Source: an uncultured delta proteobacterium
GTDB taxonomy: Bacteria > Desulfobacterota > Binatia > UBA9968
Reading direction: 5' to 3'
DNA length: 64,000 bases
NCBI GenBank assembly: GCA_963771465.1
Contig: CAVYTU010000017.1
Coordinates: 64,001-128,000, forward strand
Shown: positions 1 to 9,508 of the stretch, piece by piece
Position numbering within the stretch: the first letter of the stretch is position 1
How the letters are laid out: each line of letters begins with the position of its first letter
Notes under the pieces: model-generated
Told to the model about the DNA's origin: nothing
What the model saw: only the letters and a program-made list of their open reading frames with translations
The model's database searches: none
Position numbers and translations under genes: made by a program

Positions 1-122
1 GCCTCGAATGCTTGATCCCCGAAGAACACTTCAAGTTGCGGATTGAGGATAAACTGAAGGGACTCGTTAAAGCGGTGCGATTGCGTTATCCGCAAACCGT
101 TCAACCATCGCATTAGCGCTGC

Positions 123-1595
123 CTAGTCCTGTGACGCTTTGGCTGCGGCCAACGGCGTCTGTAGTCCGAGCTCGTCAGCCACCGCGCGCTCGACGACGGT
201 GCCCTTGAAGAAGTCGGGGTTGTTACGCGTATGCAGACTGGCGGCGTTGGTGAACGTGAACTCGCGGAAGTCCTGCACCGTTACGAAGCCCTTTTCCAAC
301 ATCTCAAACGCTTCAGGAATCACGTCTCTGAAATCAGGCACGTCGAAATGGGTGAAGTCGGAGCTGAACACCGGTCGCAGGCGAACACCCATACGGGGAT
401 CGAAGGCCCACATGGTCGCCCGGTCGTCGGCCTCGCAGCCGAAGTAGAAGTTGCCGGAGAAGACTGCCCGGACATCTTCTTTGGAGTTGATTCCCGCCGC
501 TTCAAAATCGTCCGCGACGTGCTCAGGCCGCGCGAGCTCTTCAAGACTGCACTCCGGGCGGAATGCGTCCAGGCTGTTCATGATCGCGTCGGCGTTGGCT
601 TTCAGTTTTTGATCGCCGTACTTGCCGATGAGCTGATGCATCTCGGCGACGCTGGTTGCGCTCGGATACTGCAACCCGGCGCGGCGGCGCTTCTCCCAGT
701 GTTCGATCATGTCGGCGCACATCTGACAGGCCCAGCTGACGCCGCCTTCCATGAAACCGAAATTGAGGCTTGGGTAGCGCCGCACGAGACCGCCGAGGAA
801 AACGCCGCGCGCGAAGGCGTGATTGGATTCGGCGAAGTGGCCGACGTGGTTGTAAGTGAAGTTGCTGATCGACGCGCGATCCGACCAGCGGCCGCTGCCC
901 GAGTGTTGAGTCACAGCCACGCCGAGATCGACACATCGCTGCCATAACCGCTCGTAGTCATAGGGGCTGTCCAGCGCGATGGTATCGCAATACCAGGCGG
1001 CCTTCTGCGGGTCGATTCCTCCTTCCGCTGCGGCTGGGATCGGCCGCTCCTGGTTTCCCCGCAGCATGATCGCTTTAAAACCACGCTGACTGACCGCGTA
1101 TTCGAGCTCCTCAAGAGCTTCGTCCGGCGTCTGGGAGGGGATGATCGCAACCGGCGCAAACCTTGCGGCGAACGGCGCGAACATGTCCGCCGTCATCATG
1201 TTGTAGGCACGCACCGCGGCCCGATGCAGATCGCTCTGGACAATGCCGTTGATGCTGAGGCCGAAGCTCGGATAGATCAGCGCGAAGTCGATGCCCAATT
1301 CCGGCAGCCGTTCGTTCAGCAACGCCGGCAGCAGCGCCGTCGCCTTATCGAGCGTATTGCTAGTCACACCCCACCAGATGGTGCGCCGCATGCGGTTGTG
1401 CTGGCGTTCCTCCCAGGTCGCTTGGTACCACGCTTGATTGCGGCGCCACAGCGCTCGCATCTGATCGACCGATGCCGCGCCGGCCACTTCGCGCAGGTAC
1501 TCGAGAAAGATCGGTATCGGCTCCATCCAATGGCCATCGCCGTCGATCACCGGGTGCTTCAGCTCATCGTGGATCTGTGCCGCTCGATTCTCCAT
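123..1595 (-). CDS. Amidohydrolase family protein (amidohydro_2-like TIM barrel)
   Basis: N-terminal IDGDGH metal motif, FGFMEGG, C-terminal FSSDFTHFD. Start moved to ATG 1595 behind an AAAGGAG RBS. Confidence 0.85.
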   Translation of the reverse strand: MENRAAQIHDELKHPVIDGDGHWMEPIPIFLEYLREVAGAASVDQMRALWRRNQAWYQATWEERQHNRMRRTIWWGVTSNTLDKATALLPALLNERLPELGIDFALIYPSFGLSINGIVQSDLHRAAVRAYNMMTADMFAPFAARFAPVAIIPSQTPDEALEELEYAVSQRGFKAIMLRGNQERPIPAAAEGGIDPQKAAWYCDTIALDSPYDYERLWQRCVDLGVAVTQHSGSGRWSDRASISNFTYNHVGHFAESNHAFARGVFLGGLVRRYPSLNFGFMEGGVSWACQMCADMIEHWEKRRRAGLQYPSATSVAEMHQLIGKYGDQKLKANADAIMNSLDAFRPECSLEELARPEHVADDFEAAGINSKEDVRAVFSGNFYFGCEADDRATMWAFDPRMGVRLRPVFSSDFTHFDVPDFRDVIPEAFEMLEKGFVTVQDFREFTFTNAASLHTRNNPDFFKGTVVERAVADELGLQTPLAAAKASQD

Positions 1596-1917
1596 GGTCG
1601 CGACTCCTTTCGCCAATCTACTTTCTCCTACCGCTAAGCCGGCGAATCGTCAATCGCAATCGATCACACGAGTGTTGGCCAAGCGTGTCTGAGATTTCGT
1701 CGCGATCAAAGTGTGTAGAGCTGCGACGCGTAAAGGAAACGGCGCTCTTGTTGGAGGCCACGAGAATAGTGAAAAGAAGATCGATGCAACAATTCAACGT
1801 GCTCGCGTTGTCGCCTAATTGGGACGTACGAAATTTTCTCTAAGCTCCGCACGAAATTCCCTTCCTCATTCATCCTCCATAGTGGCATAAATCTAGAGTT
1901 ATCTACTATTTACGCTC

Positions 1918-1934
1918 TTGGTACGGTGATTGCG
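1918..1934 (+). promoter_or_regulatory. Sigma-54 (-24/-12) promoter candidate
   Basis: TTGGTACGGTGATTGCG fits TGGCAC-N5-TTGC with exact GG-N10-GC spacing, about 35 nt upstream of the 1968 ATG. Confidence 0.65.
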
Positions 1935-1967
1935 TTTATTTCCTCATAGGAAGAGGAGGAACAGACA

Positions 1968-2327
1968 ATGAAGAAATCGAAATCGATCTTATCCATGAGT
2001 GTGTTGGCGGCTTCTCTAATGATCCCGATCGGCGCTTCCGCCGATGTAAACCCCCCGGGCAACGCCCGGCAGCGTCAAGAGCTGCGCGAAGATTTGCAGC
2101 GGCTCGAACGTTTGAGACAGCAACGGGATCGCGAGCTGCGCCAAGGCGATAGGCGCGAAGCCCGTGAATACAACGAGAAGATACGCGACACGCAGAGAGA
2201 AATTCGTCAAGACCGGAGAGAGATCTACGGGCAAAACGACGGATGGTATCGTGATTACGACAACAGATGGTATCGCAATAATAATGGCAGATGGAATCGT
2301 GATCGCTGGCGTTATGATCGTGACTAA
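1968..2327 (+). CDS. Small exported Arg/Asp-rich protein with coiled coil and 8-aa Trp/Arg repeats
   Basis: GAGGAGGA RBS, signal peptide (MKKSKSILSMSVLAASLMIPIGASA), charged heptads, tail GWYRDYDN/RWYRNNNG/RWNRDRWR. Confidence 0.75.
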   Translation: MKKSKSILSMSVLAASLMIPIGASADVNPPGNARQRQELREDLQRLERLRQQRDRELRQGDRREAREYNEKIRDTQREIRQDRREIYGQNDGWYRDYDNRWYRNNNGRWNRDRWRYDRD

Positions 2328-2361
2328 AGACGGATTCCAAGCCTAACTTTTTCGGGTGAGC

Positions 2362-2394
2362 AAGGAAGGGGCCGCCATTGGCGGCCCCTTCCTT
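2362..2394. terminator. Perfect 15-bp hairpin, probable terminator
   Basis: AAGGAAGGGGCCGCC-att-GGCGGCCCCTTCCTT, 35 nt after the 1968-2327 gene. Confidence 0.7.
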
Positions 2395-2696
2395 ATCGCG
2401 CGCATCCGTTGTGTGCTGTCCCACCTTCGCCGGACGCCGGCTTTTTCTTTTGCCGTGAAAAAACCTGCCGACGGCGGCGCCGCTAGCGCGTAGAGCTTGG
2501 GTGCCGTTTGCGATTTGTTAGCCAATCGATGTATCACGACGGGTACTTCCTAGCTTTTAATCTGCTGAGAGTCCCGAGCATTAGCCGAACACAAGATTGA
2601 ATTCAAGCTACGATCGCCTAACGGTCGAAGATTCATTTAACCAAAGGGAAGTTAGGACCGAGCTATTTTAAGCGCAGCCCTAAGGTCCAAGTTACG

Positions 2697-2846
2697 TTAG
2701 CTTCTCGCCCGCGTGCAGATATCCAGCGCAATCAGCGCGTAGAGTTTGCCGCGTTGACCATCACGTCGATTTCGATTTCCTCCTTGCGCGGGCCGATGCG
2801 GCGGCCGCGTGGGCCGATCTTGATGGTGGGGATGCCCAATTCGTTA
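2697..2846 (-). pseudogene. Remnant 3' end of an M20 peptidase paralog
   Basis: Translates NELGIPTIKIGPRGRRIGPRKEEIEIDVMVNAA[-1 nt]LYALIALDICTRARS*, nearly identical to the C-terminus encoded at 4698-4848. Confidence 0.85.
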
Positions 2847-2871
2847 TCCTCACTACCGCAGCCGGGATCGT

Positions 2872-4419
2872 CTATTTGTCCAGCCAGGTATGATTCATGC
2901 CGCCGCCCGACCAGCGATAGACGTCGTCGCCTGAGGTGGTGAATCCTTTGACGTATTCACGCATGGAATAAAAGCGCGGCGCGTAGCCGATATAAATTTC
3001 CGCCACGTCCTCGAAATGCTTGTGTAGGATCTGTTTGAACAAAGCTCTGCGCTTGGCATTATCCAGCTCCTGCTCCGCCTGATCGAGCAGAGCCTCGACC
3101 TCCTTGTCGCAATGGCCGGAGAGGTTGTTGCGGCGTTTTTTGAGATCCGACTCACAGCGTCGATTCACGCCATAGGCTTCATAGGGATCGGTCTCGAGAT
3201 TTCCACCGGAGACATTCAGAGTGTAATCGCCGCTCCGGATACGGGCGCGATGAGCGCCGAAATCCATATTTTCGATCTTGACGTTGATGCCGACCTTTTT
3301 AAGCTGGGCCTGGAGAGTGGTTATCATCGGCTCGTACTCGCCCGGATAGGAATTCACCGAGATCACTTCGCCTTTGTAACCGGCTTCCTTCAAGAGGGCG
3401 GCGGCCTTTGCCGGATCGCGGGTCTGCGGCGGAAATCCTTCAATAAACCATGAATGGCGGGCCGGGTATCTCTGATCCACCGCCTCACCATAACCGAAAA
3501 AGCCAGCCTCCATGAGTTCCTTCTTATCGATCGCATAGGCGACGGCCTGGCGCATCTTCTTATTATCAAACGGCGGCGCCGCAACGTTGAAAACAAGACG
3601 ACGGAAACTCGCGTAGGGTGCCCTAACTAAATGAAGGCCTTTGACCTTTTTATCCGCCACCTGTTTCACCCACTCGAACGGCGTAAATTCTATCATATCG
3701 ACGTCCCCCGCCTGGACCGCCGTAAATCTGACCACTCCGTCCGAAACGGTGCGCATGATCAGACGGTCTATGAAGGCCTTGTGACCCCAGTAGTCCGCGA
3801 AACGCTCGAACACGAAGCGCTGGCCCGGCTGCCATTCAACGACTTTGAAGGGACCGGTCCCCGGAGGAAATCGATCGAGCTTAGTGATCCCTTCCGGCAG
3901 CGAATCTTTCGGCACCACGGTAAACGGCTGTATGTCGGTCAACGAGGCAAGGAAAGGCGGGCTCGCTTTCTTAAGAAACATTTTGACGACATATTTCCCT
4001 TCCGTTTCGACTCGGTCCAACGGGGCGAGCATACTCTGGCCGTAAGCGCCGTTCTTCGGGTTCATGGCGTAGAGTACGGCGTATTTGACATCCTCGCCCG
4101 TCATTTCCCGCCCGTCATGAAACTTCACTCCTCGGCGCAGATTGAAAGTGTACAGCCGGCCGTTGTCCGTGATCGTCCAGGACTCGGCCAGACTCGGTTG
4201 AATTTTTCCGTTGATATCGACGCCCAATAGCGACTCGAACATCAGCTCGCGAACTTTTCGTTCAACACTGCCGGTGGCGACCATCGGATGCATCAATACC
4301 GGTTCCCTGGATATCCCCAGGGTAAGAGTACCGCCACGTTTGGGTGTGTTCGAGGCGCCTTGGACAGGAGCTACCGCGATGAGCCACGAGCAGAGGACTA
4401 AGAGCCAGAAGTTTTGCAT
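2872..4419 (-). CDS. ABC transporter solute-binding protein, family 5 (peptide/nickel)
   Basis: Signal peptide, PKRGGTL, LAESW, YTFNLRRGVKFHDG, GTGPFK, RQAVAYAID. Confidence 0.9.
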   Translation of the reverse strand: MQNFWLLVLCSWLIAVAPVQGASNTPKRGGTLTLGISREPVLMHPMVATGSVERKVRELMFESLLGVDINGKIQPSLAESWTITDNGRLYTFNLRRGVKFHDGREMTGEDVKYAVLYAMNPKNGAYGQSMLAPLDRVETEGKYVVKMFLKKASPPFLASLTDIQPFTVVPKDSLPEGITKLDRFPPGTGPFKVVEWQPGQRFVFERFADYWGHKAFIDRLIMRTVSDGVVRFTAVQAGDVDMIEFTPFEWVKQVADKKVKGLHLVRAPYASFRRLVFNVAAPPFDNKKMRQAVAYAIDKKELMEAGFFGYGEAVDQRYPARHSWFIEGFPPQTRDPAKAAALLKEAGYKGEVISVNSYPGEYEPMITTLQAQLKKVGINVKIENMDFGAHRARIRSGDYTLNVSGGNLETDPYEAYGVNRRCESDLKKRRNNLSGHCDKEVEALLDQAEQELDNAKRRALFKQILHKHFEDVAEIYIGYAPRFYSMREYVKGFTTSGDDVYRWSGGGMNHTWLDK

Positions 4420-4456
4420 GGTTGGACCCTCCTGCGTATTAATGTCGCTGTGCTTC

Positions 4457-4492
4457 CGTTCGAAACATTCGAGTTGTTCAAACTGTTAGCCG
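4457..4492 (+). repeat. Degenerate 9-nt tandem repeat (GTTCAA family)
   Basis: cgttcgaaa cattcgagt tgttcaaac tgttagccg; related to 45826-45857, 46260-46326 and 54900-54944. Confidence 0.5.
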
Positions 4493-4697
4493 CATTTCCC
4501 CCAATTCCCGGTGATTGCGATGAAGACTCGGCAGGGCGTGCCGATATGACGCTGCATACTCCAGGGCAGGGGAAATGTCTATCCTCGGCTAAAAGCTGCG
4601 TCTGAGAACCCGAACGGGTCGGAGCTGAGAAGCGACCCGTTCAAAATATTTAGAGCTGGAGCGAGGCCAGGAGGCTGACTAGGACAGCGTTTTTGTG

Positions 4698-5981
4698 CTA
4701 GCTTCGCGCCCGCGTGCAGATATCCAGCGCAATCAGCGCGTAGAGCTTCGCGGCGTTCACCATCACGTCGATCTCTATTTCTTCGTTGCGCGGACCGATG
4801 CGCCGGCCGCGCGGGCCGATCTTGATGGCGGGGATTCCCAATTCATTATAAGCGTTGGTGTCAGTCCAGATACTGGCGCGGTCGGCGGCTTCGTGTTTGA
4901 TCTTTTCTTTGAACAGATACTGAAAGACTTCTTCGGATGATTTGACTAGCGGTTCCACGTTTTTGCCTTCGTGACCGAGCAGCGACTTGTAGATGTCGAG
5001 TTGATAGTCGAGGCCGGTGGCGTTCAAGGTTTTTTCCAGCTCGTATTGGATCTGCACCGGGCGCACTTGCGGCGGCATGCGGATGTCGACGTAGATCGCG
5101 CACACGCCAGGAAAATAGTTGGGCCGGTAGGGCGCGCCGCCTTCGATGCCGCCGATGTTTACTTTCGGGTAGAGCGGGCCGGTGGGCGATTGATAGACGT
5201 ACTCGGTTTCGAATTGCGCGCCCCATTTTTCAATCGCCTCGATGATCTTGGTCATCTTCACGATCGCATTCATCTTGCTCATCGGATGGGTTTCGCGATT
5301 GCTGCCCCAGGCGGCTTCGGCTTTACCGAAAGTCTGGATTTTCACTTGCACCACGCCGTTCTGTGTCCAGACGATGTTCATGTCGGAGCCGTCGCAACAG
5401 ACGGCATAGTCGGAGTGCATGCCGTGAGTGAGCAAATGGCGCGTGCCGGCGCCTTCGCCGCGGTATTCTTTGGTCTGCCACGGGCCGATGGGCGTGCGTG
5501 AGATCTCGCCGACGACCGCGGCCAGGATCACGTCGCCTTTCAACGTCACGCCGCTTTTCTTGAGCGCTTTGCCGGCCATCATGAAGGCCGCCACGCCGCC
5601 TTTCATGTTCGAGATCCCCAACCCTTGAACTTTGTCGCCGACGATTTTGCCGGCCAGTTCCGACTGCGGTTCCATGATGGCGACCATGCGGCGGTCTTCT
5701 TCGGTGCCGGTGAAGCTGGTGTCGGTGTGGCCGTTAAAACCGAGGCTCAATCCCGTACCGTCGCCTTTGACCACGCCGATGGCATTGGGCCGATCGAACT
5801 CGACCTCCTGGCGGACGGCTTTGACGCCGTTGGCTTCGAACCAATTTAGAATAAATTCGCCGATGGCTTTTTCTTGCCCGGTGGGACTAGGGATGCTGGT
5901 GAGATCGGCGCCCAATTGCGCGAGCTCGTTGCGGTCGATTTGCGCCAAGACTTTGTTTGCGGCTTCAGTATCAAGTGCCAT
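4698..5981 (-). CDS. M20/ArgE/DapE-family metallohydrolase with atypical metal ligands
   Basis: IPSPTGQE, FNGHTDT, GLGISNMKGG, VNIGGIEGG, WTD, GIPAIKIGP. Confidence 0.85.
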   Translation of the reverse strand: MALDTEAANKVLAQIDRNELAQLGADLTSIPSPTGQEKAIGEFILNWFEANGVKAVRQEVEFDRPNAIGVVKGDGTGLSLGFNGHTDTSFTGTEEDRRMVAIMEPQSELAGKIVGDKVQGLGISNMKGGVAAFMMAGKALKKSGVTLKGDVILAAVVGEISRTPIGPWQTKEYRGEGAGTRHLLTHGMHSDYAVCCDGSDMNIVWTQNGVVQVKIQTFGKAEAAWGSNRETHPMSKMNAIVKMTKIIEAIEKWGAQFETEYVYQSPTGPLYPKVNIGGIEGGAPYRPNYFPGVCAIYVDIRMPPQVRPVQIQYELEKTLNATGLDYQLDIYKSLLGHEGKNVEPLVKSSEEVFQYLFKEKIKHEAADRASIWTDTNAYNELGIPAIKIGPRGRRIGPRNEEIEIDVMVNAAKLYALIALDICTRARS

Positions 5982-6169
5982 GGAAGTTCCTCCAAAATTG
6001 TTTTCATTAACTAACTAGCGGCTTTGTCTAAGTCAATCTGAGCAACGCCGTTGGACTCGTCTTGAAAAATGCTGCCCGGCTCTTTACTGTCTCGATTCAA
6101 AGGTTTCACCGATCCGCAAATCGCAGCATGCCACTGGCAGACAAATTCCGCATCGCTCTAAGGAGATCT

Positions 6170-6670
6170 ATGGACACTTCGACAGTCGTCATGATGGCGG
6201 CGGCGGTGATCATGTTCATCGCGGTTTACGCCAAATCGCCGGCGGCTGCGCAACACGGTCTCAATGCCACCGGGTCGCTGCTCCTGGAAATCACCCCGCG
6301 GATGATCGCGGCGTTTACGCTCGCCGGTTTGTTTCAGGCCGTCGTGCCGCAGGAACTGATCGTGCGTTGGATGGGACATGGCTCCGGTTGGCGTGGACTG
6401 CTGATCGGCATGTCGCTTGGCGGCGTGACGCCGGGCGGACCGATGACTCATTTTCCAGTGATCGCGTCGCTCTACAAGATGGGCGTCGGCGTCGGACCGA
6501 TGGTTGCCTACCTGAGCGCGTGGTCGCTATTTGGCCTGCAACGGATCATAATGTGGGAGATTCCATTCCTTGGGCCTAAAGTCGTGGCGATTCGCGTTGC
6601 GGTGAGTTTTCTCTTCCCGCTCTTAGCGGGTTGGCTCACCGAATTGATTTGGGATAGATTGAGCGTCTAA
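6170..6670 (+). CDS. Putative permease (DUF318/ArsP-like)
   Basis: TAAGGAG RBS before ATG 6170; multiple TM helices; GGVTPGGP and G-VGPMVAYLSAWS motifs. Confidence 0.7.
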   Translation: MDTSTVVMMAAAVIMFIAVYAKSPAAAQHGLNATGSLLLEITPRMIAAFTLAGLFQAVVPQELIVRWMGHGSGWRGLLIGMSLGGVTPGGPMTHFPVIASLYKMGVGVGPMVAYLSAWSLFGLQRIIMWEIPFLGPKVVAIRVAVSFLFPLLAGWLTELIWDRLSV

Positions 6671-6676
6671 CTGAGC

Positions 6677-7951
6677 ATGAACCGGCGTGAGTTTCTCAAA
6701 ATATTAGGCGGGGCGGGGGTCGCAATCCCGGGCCTGTTAACGAGCTCATCCTGTGCGCCGGTCATCGTTCCGACCAATCCCGACACTGGGCTGTCACTGG
6801 GCTACGTTTGCGGCGATGTCACGGCGACTAGCGCACTTATCTGGCTGCGCGCCGAAGCTGACAGTGAGGTTGCGCTACAGTTTGGAGTCGACGCTGGTTT
6901 CGCCGAATTCAGTTCGACTAAGGCTTTCGCCGTCGATCCGAGCGCCGATCTTACGGCACAAATCTCGCTCGACAATTTGCAGCCATCGACGCGTTATTAT
7001 TATCGAGCGGTTGGCGGTAAATCGCCGGGACGGGTTGGCAGTTTTCTCACCGCGCCCCGGCCCGATGAAAATGCCAAGGTGAGCTTCTGCTTCAGCGGCG
7101 ATACTCGGGAAAGCTATCAGCCCTTTACTGTCATGCAGGCGGTGCAAGCACAGCGGACGGATTTTTTCTTACATTTAGGCGATACGATTTATGCGGACCG
7201 CGGCAGCAGCGCGCGCCGTGTGGAAGAGTTTTGGCAAAAATACCGGGCCAATCGCAACGATCCGTTTCAGCGCAATTGCTTCGCCACCACGAGCGTCTAC
7301 GCGCTGTGGGACGATCACGAAGTGGCAGACAACTATTTGCCGGGGAATCCGCTGGCACCGATCGGTCAGAAGGCTTTCCTGGATTATTGGCCGATTCGCC
7401 GCTCGGTGGCCGAACCGCAGCGCATCTATCGGTCGGCCCGTTGGGGCGGTGCGGTGGAATTGTTTTTGCTCGACACGCGCCAATATCGTGACCCGAAAAG
7501 CGCGACGATGCTTGGCCAATCCCAGTGTGCCTGGCTATTAGACGGCTTGGCGCGCTCGACAGCGGCGTTCAAGTTTGTCGCGACGGCGGTGCCGATGTCC
7601 GGCGGCGGCAGCGATCGCTGGGATGGCTATCCTAAAGAACGGGATAAAATCGTGCGCTTCATCAACGAGAAAAAATTGCCCGGCGTGGTTTTCTTGAGCG
7701 CCGACTTGCATTGCGCCGCGGTCTGCAGAATTCCCAAGAGCGGCGGGCTGCTCGATATTATAGCGGGGCCGCTGGCGGCGCCGCTCAATCGGGTGACCAA
7801 CGGCACGAACCGGCGCTACGAGTTTTTTCGCGCTGAGAATTTCAACTTTGCCAAGATCACTGTCGATCCTAAAGTCAATGCCAACGAAGCGATGCTCGAA
7901 TTTATCGATCAGGACAATCAAGTGTTTTACACCAGGAAGCTGCGCGCCTGA
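6677..7951 (+). CDS. phoD: Alkaline phosphatase D family protein, Tat-exported
   Basis: Tat motif NRREFLK; LHLGDTIYAD, WDDHEV, LLDTRQYR, DRWDGY, SADLH. Confidence 0.85.
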   Translation: MNRREFLKILGGAGVAIPGLLTSSSCAPVIVPTNPDTGLSLGYVCGDVTATSALIWLRAEADSEVALQFGVDAGFAEFSSTKAFAVDPSADLTAQISLDNLQPSTRYYYRAVGGKSPGRVGSFLTAPRPDENAKVSFCFSGDTRESYQPFTVMQAVQAQRTDFFLHLGDTIYADRGSSARRVEEFWQKYRANRNDPFQRNCFATTSVYALWDDHEVADNYLPGNPLAPIGQKAFLDYWPIRRSVAEPQRIYRSARWGGAVELFLLDTRQYRDPKSATMLGQSQCAWLLDGLARSTAAFKFVATAVPMSGGGSDRWDGYPKERDKIVRFINEKKLPGVVFLSADLHCAAVCRIPKSGGLLDIIAGPLAAPLNRVTNGTNRRYEFFRAENFNFAKITVDPKVNANEAMLEFIDQDNQVFYTRKLRA

Positions 7952-7995
7952 GGATGCTCGCCGCGTCGGCTAATCGTCAGTGCCGCACAGTCTCG

Positions 7996-8084
7996 TGTCA
8001 TTCCGAACGGAGTGAGGAATCTCCACCGGCTAGCGGTTAAACAAATTCAAAAAGCATATCCTTGGGCTTCGCCTCAGGATGACA
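7996..8084. repeat. Inverted pair of TGTCAT-tagged REP-like palindromes
   Basis: TGTCATTCCGAACGGAGTGAGGAATCT at 7996 (+) and TGTCATCCTGAGGCGAAGCCCAAGGATAT at 8084 (-), between convergent genes. Confidence 0.7.
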
Positions 8085-8126
8085 AAGGGAGGTTGGTTTG
8101 AGTCATCGCCGGGGTGGGACGGTGTA

Positions 8127-9104
8127 TTAGTTCTGCTTACGGCGGTAGTCGAGCGCTTCCGGATTGAGCGCCCGCGTGAGTTTGCCTTCCATGTAATCGA
8201 GTATGTTAGTGACGGCGTTTTCGGCGAAGCCTTTGAAGCCGGAATCTGTGGGCCAACCGAGATGGGGCGTGATGACGACGTTGTCGAGCTGAGTGAGCGG
8301 ATGAGATCTCGCCAGGGGCTCTTCGACGAAGACATCGAGGGCTGCGCCGGCGATGGTTTTCTCTTTAAGAATTTTCACCAGAGCCGTTTCATCGACGATG
8401 GCGCCGCGGGCCGTGTTGACCAGATAGGCCGACTTTTTCATCAGGCGCAGCCGTGCTTCATTCAACAGATTTTGGCTTTGCTCGGATAATTTTAAATGCA
8501 CGCTGATCACGTCGGCGCTTCCTAGGACATCTTCTAATGGCATGAACGTCGCGTCAGATTTGGCCGCGCGTTCTTGTGTGAGCGTCGGTCCCCAAGCGAT
8601 CACTTTCATGCCGAAGGCGCGTGCAACGGCCGCGACTTCGGTGCCGATTTTACCGAGCCCGAGTATGCCGATCGTCTTGCCTTTGAGCACATAGCCCAAT
8701 ACCAGCGGCCATTCGCCGCGGCGCATGGCCTGATCGCTTTGAGAAATCCGCCGCATGACATCGAGCATCAAGCCAAAGGTCAACTCCGTCGTGCTATTGC
8801 CGCCCGGCGCCAAGCTGACGACGATGCCGCGCTCGGTCGCCGCGTCCATGTCGATGTGGTAGGCGTGATTGCCGGTCTGCGAGATGAACTGGAGATCGGC
8901 GAGTTTTCCGAGCAAGGCGGCGGGAAACTTCGTCCGTTCGCGAACCGGAATGATCGCTTGGCTGCCCTTCAGTTTGTCGACGAGTTCGTCTTCATGGGCA
9001 AGCTTTTCGGTGAAAATCTGCACGTCGGCTTTTTGACGCAACCGCGCGATCGCCTCGGTGGGCGCAATGGCATGCTGGTAGTCGTCGAGGACGGTGACTT
9101 TCAT
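8127..9104 (-). CDS. D-2-hydroxyacid dehydrogenase (SerA-like)
   Basis: GILGLGKIG Rossmann motif, VNTARG, LDVF..EPL, TPHLGW. Confidence 0.9.
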   Translation of the reverse strand: MKVTVLDDYQHAIAPTEAIARLRQKADVQIFTEKLAHEDELVDKLKGSQAIIPVRERTKFPAALLGKLADLQFISQTGNHAYHIDMDAATERGIVVSLAPGGNSTTELTFGLMLDVMRRISQSDQAMRRGEWPLVLGYVLKGKTIGILGLGKIGTEVAAVARAFGMKVIAWGPTLTQERAAKSDATFMPLEDVLGSADVISVHLKLSEQSQNLLNEARLRLMKKSAYLVNTARGAIVDETALVKILKEKTIAGAALDVFVEEPLARSHPLTQLDNVVITPHLGWPTDSGFKGFAENAVTNILDYMEGKLTRALNPEALDYRRKQN

Positions 9105-9106
9105 GG

Positions 9107-9496
9107 TCAAATGACCGCAATGCCGGCGATTTCGATCAAGTAGTCCGGATTGGCAAGCCCGCTGACGATGACCAGTGTGCTCGTCGGCGGAGTCTTTTTG
9201 TACTGCGTGCTGCGCACCCGGTTATAACCTTCGCGGTGTTCTCTCCCGGTGATGTAGGTGGTGGTCATGACGAGATTGTCCAGCGTGCCGCCGGCGGCTT
9301 TCAACACGGCGCGCAGATTGTCGAAGACTTGCCGGGTTTGCGCTTCGATATCGCCTTTGCCGACGACGTTGCCGTCTTTGTCGGAAGCGGTTTGGCCGGC
9401 GACAAAGAGCAGCTTGCCGCCGCTATTCAGAATTCCCTGGCTATAGCGTGGACGCGGATCGTTCAAGGTTTTCGGTTGAATCACTTTTCGCGGCAT
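9107..9496 (-). CDS. RidA/YjgF family protein
   Basis: YSQG, LFVAGQ, QTRQVFDNL, PTSTLV..GL, LIEI. Confidence 0.85.
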   Translation of the reverse strand: MPRKVIQPKTLNDPRPRYSQGILNSGGKLLFVAGQTASDKDGNVVGKGDIEAQTRQVFDNLRAVLKAAGGTLDNLVMTTTYITGREHREGYNRVRSTQYKKTPPTSTLVIVSGLANPDYLIEIAGIAVI

Positions 9497-9508
9497 GTTG
9501 TTCCTCCT

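Noticed and set aside
2485-2498. 14-nt match AGCGCGTAGAGCTT to the M20 3' end as a third copy or att core
   Set aside because: The flanks do not align, and a 14-mer match is plausible by chance in 64 kb of GC-rich DNA.
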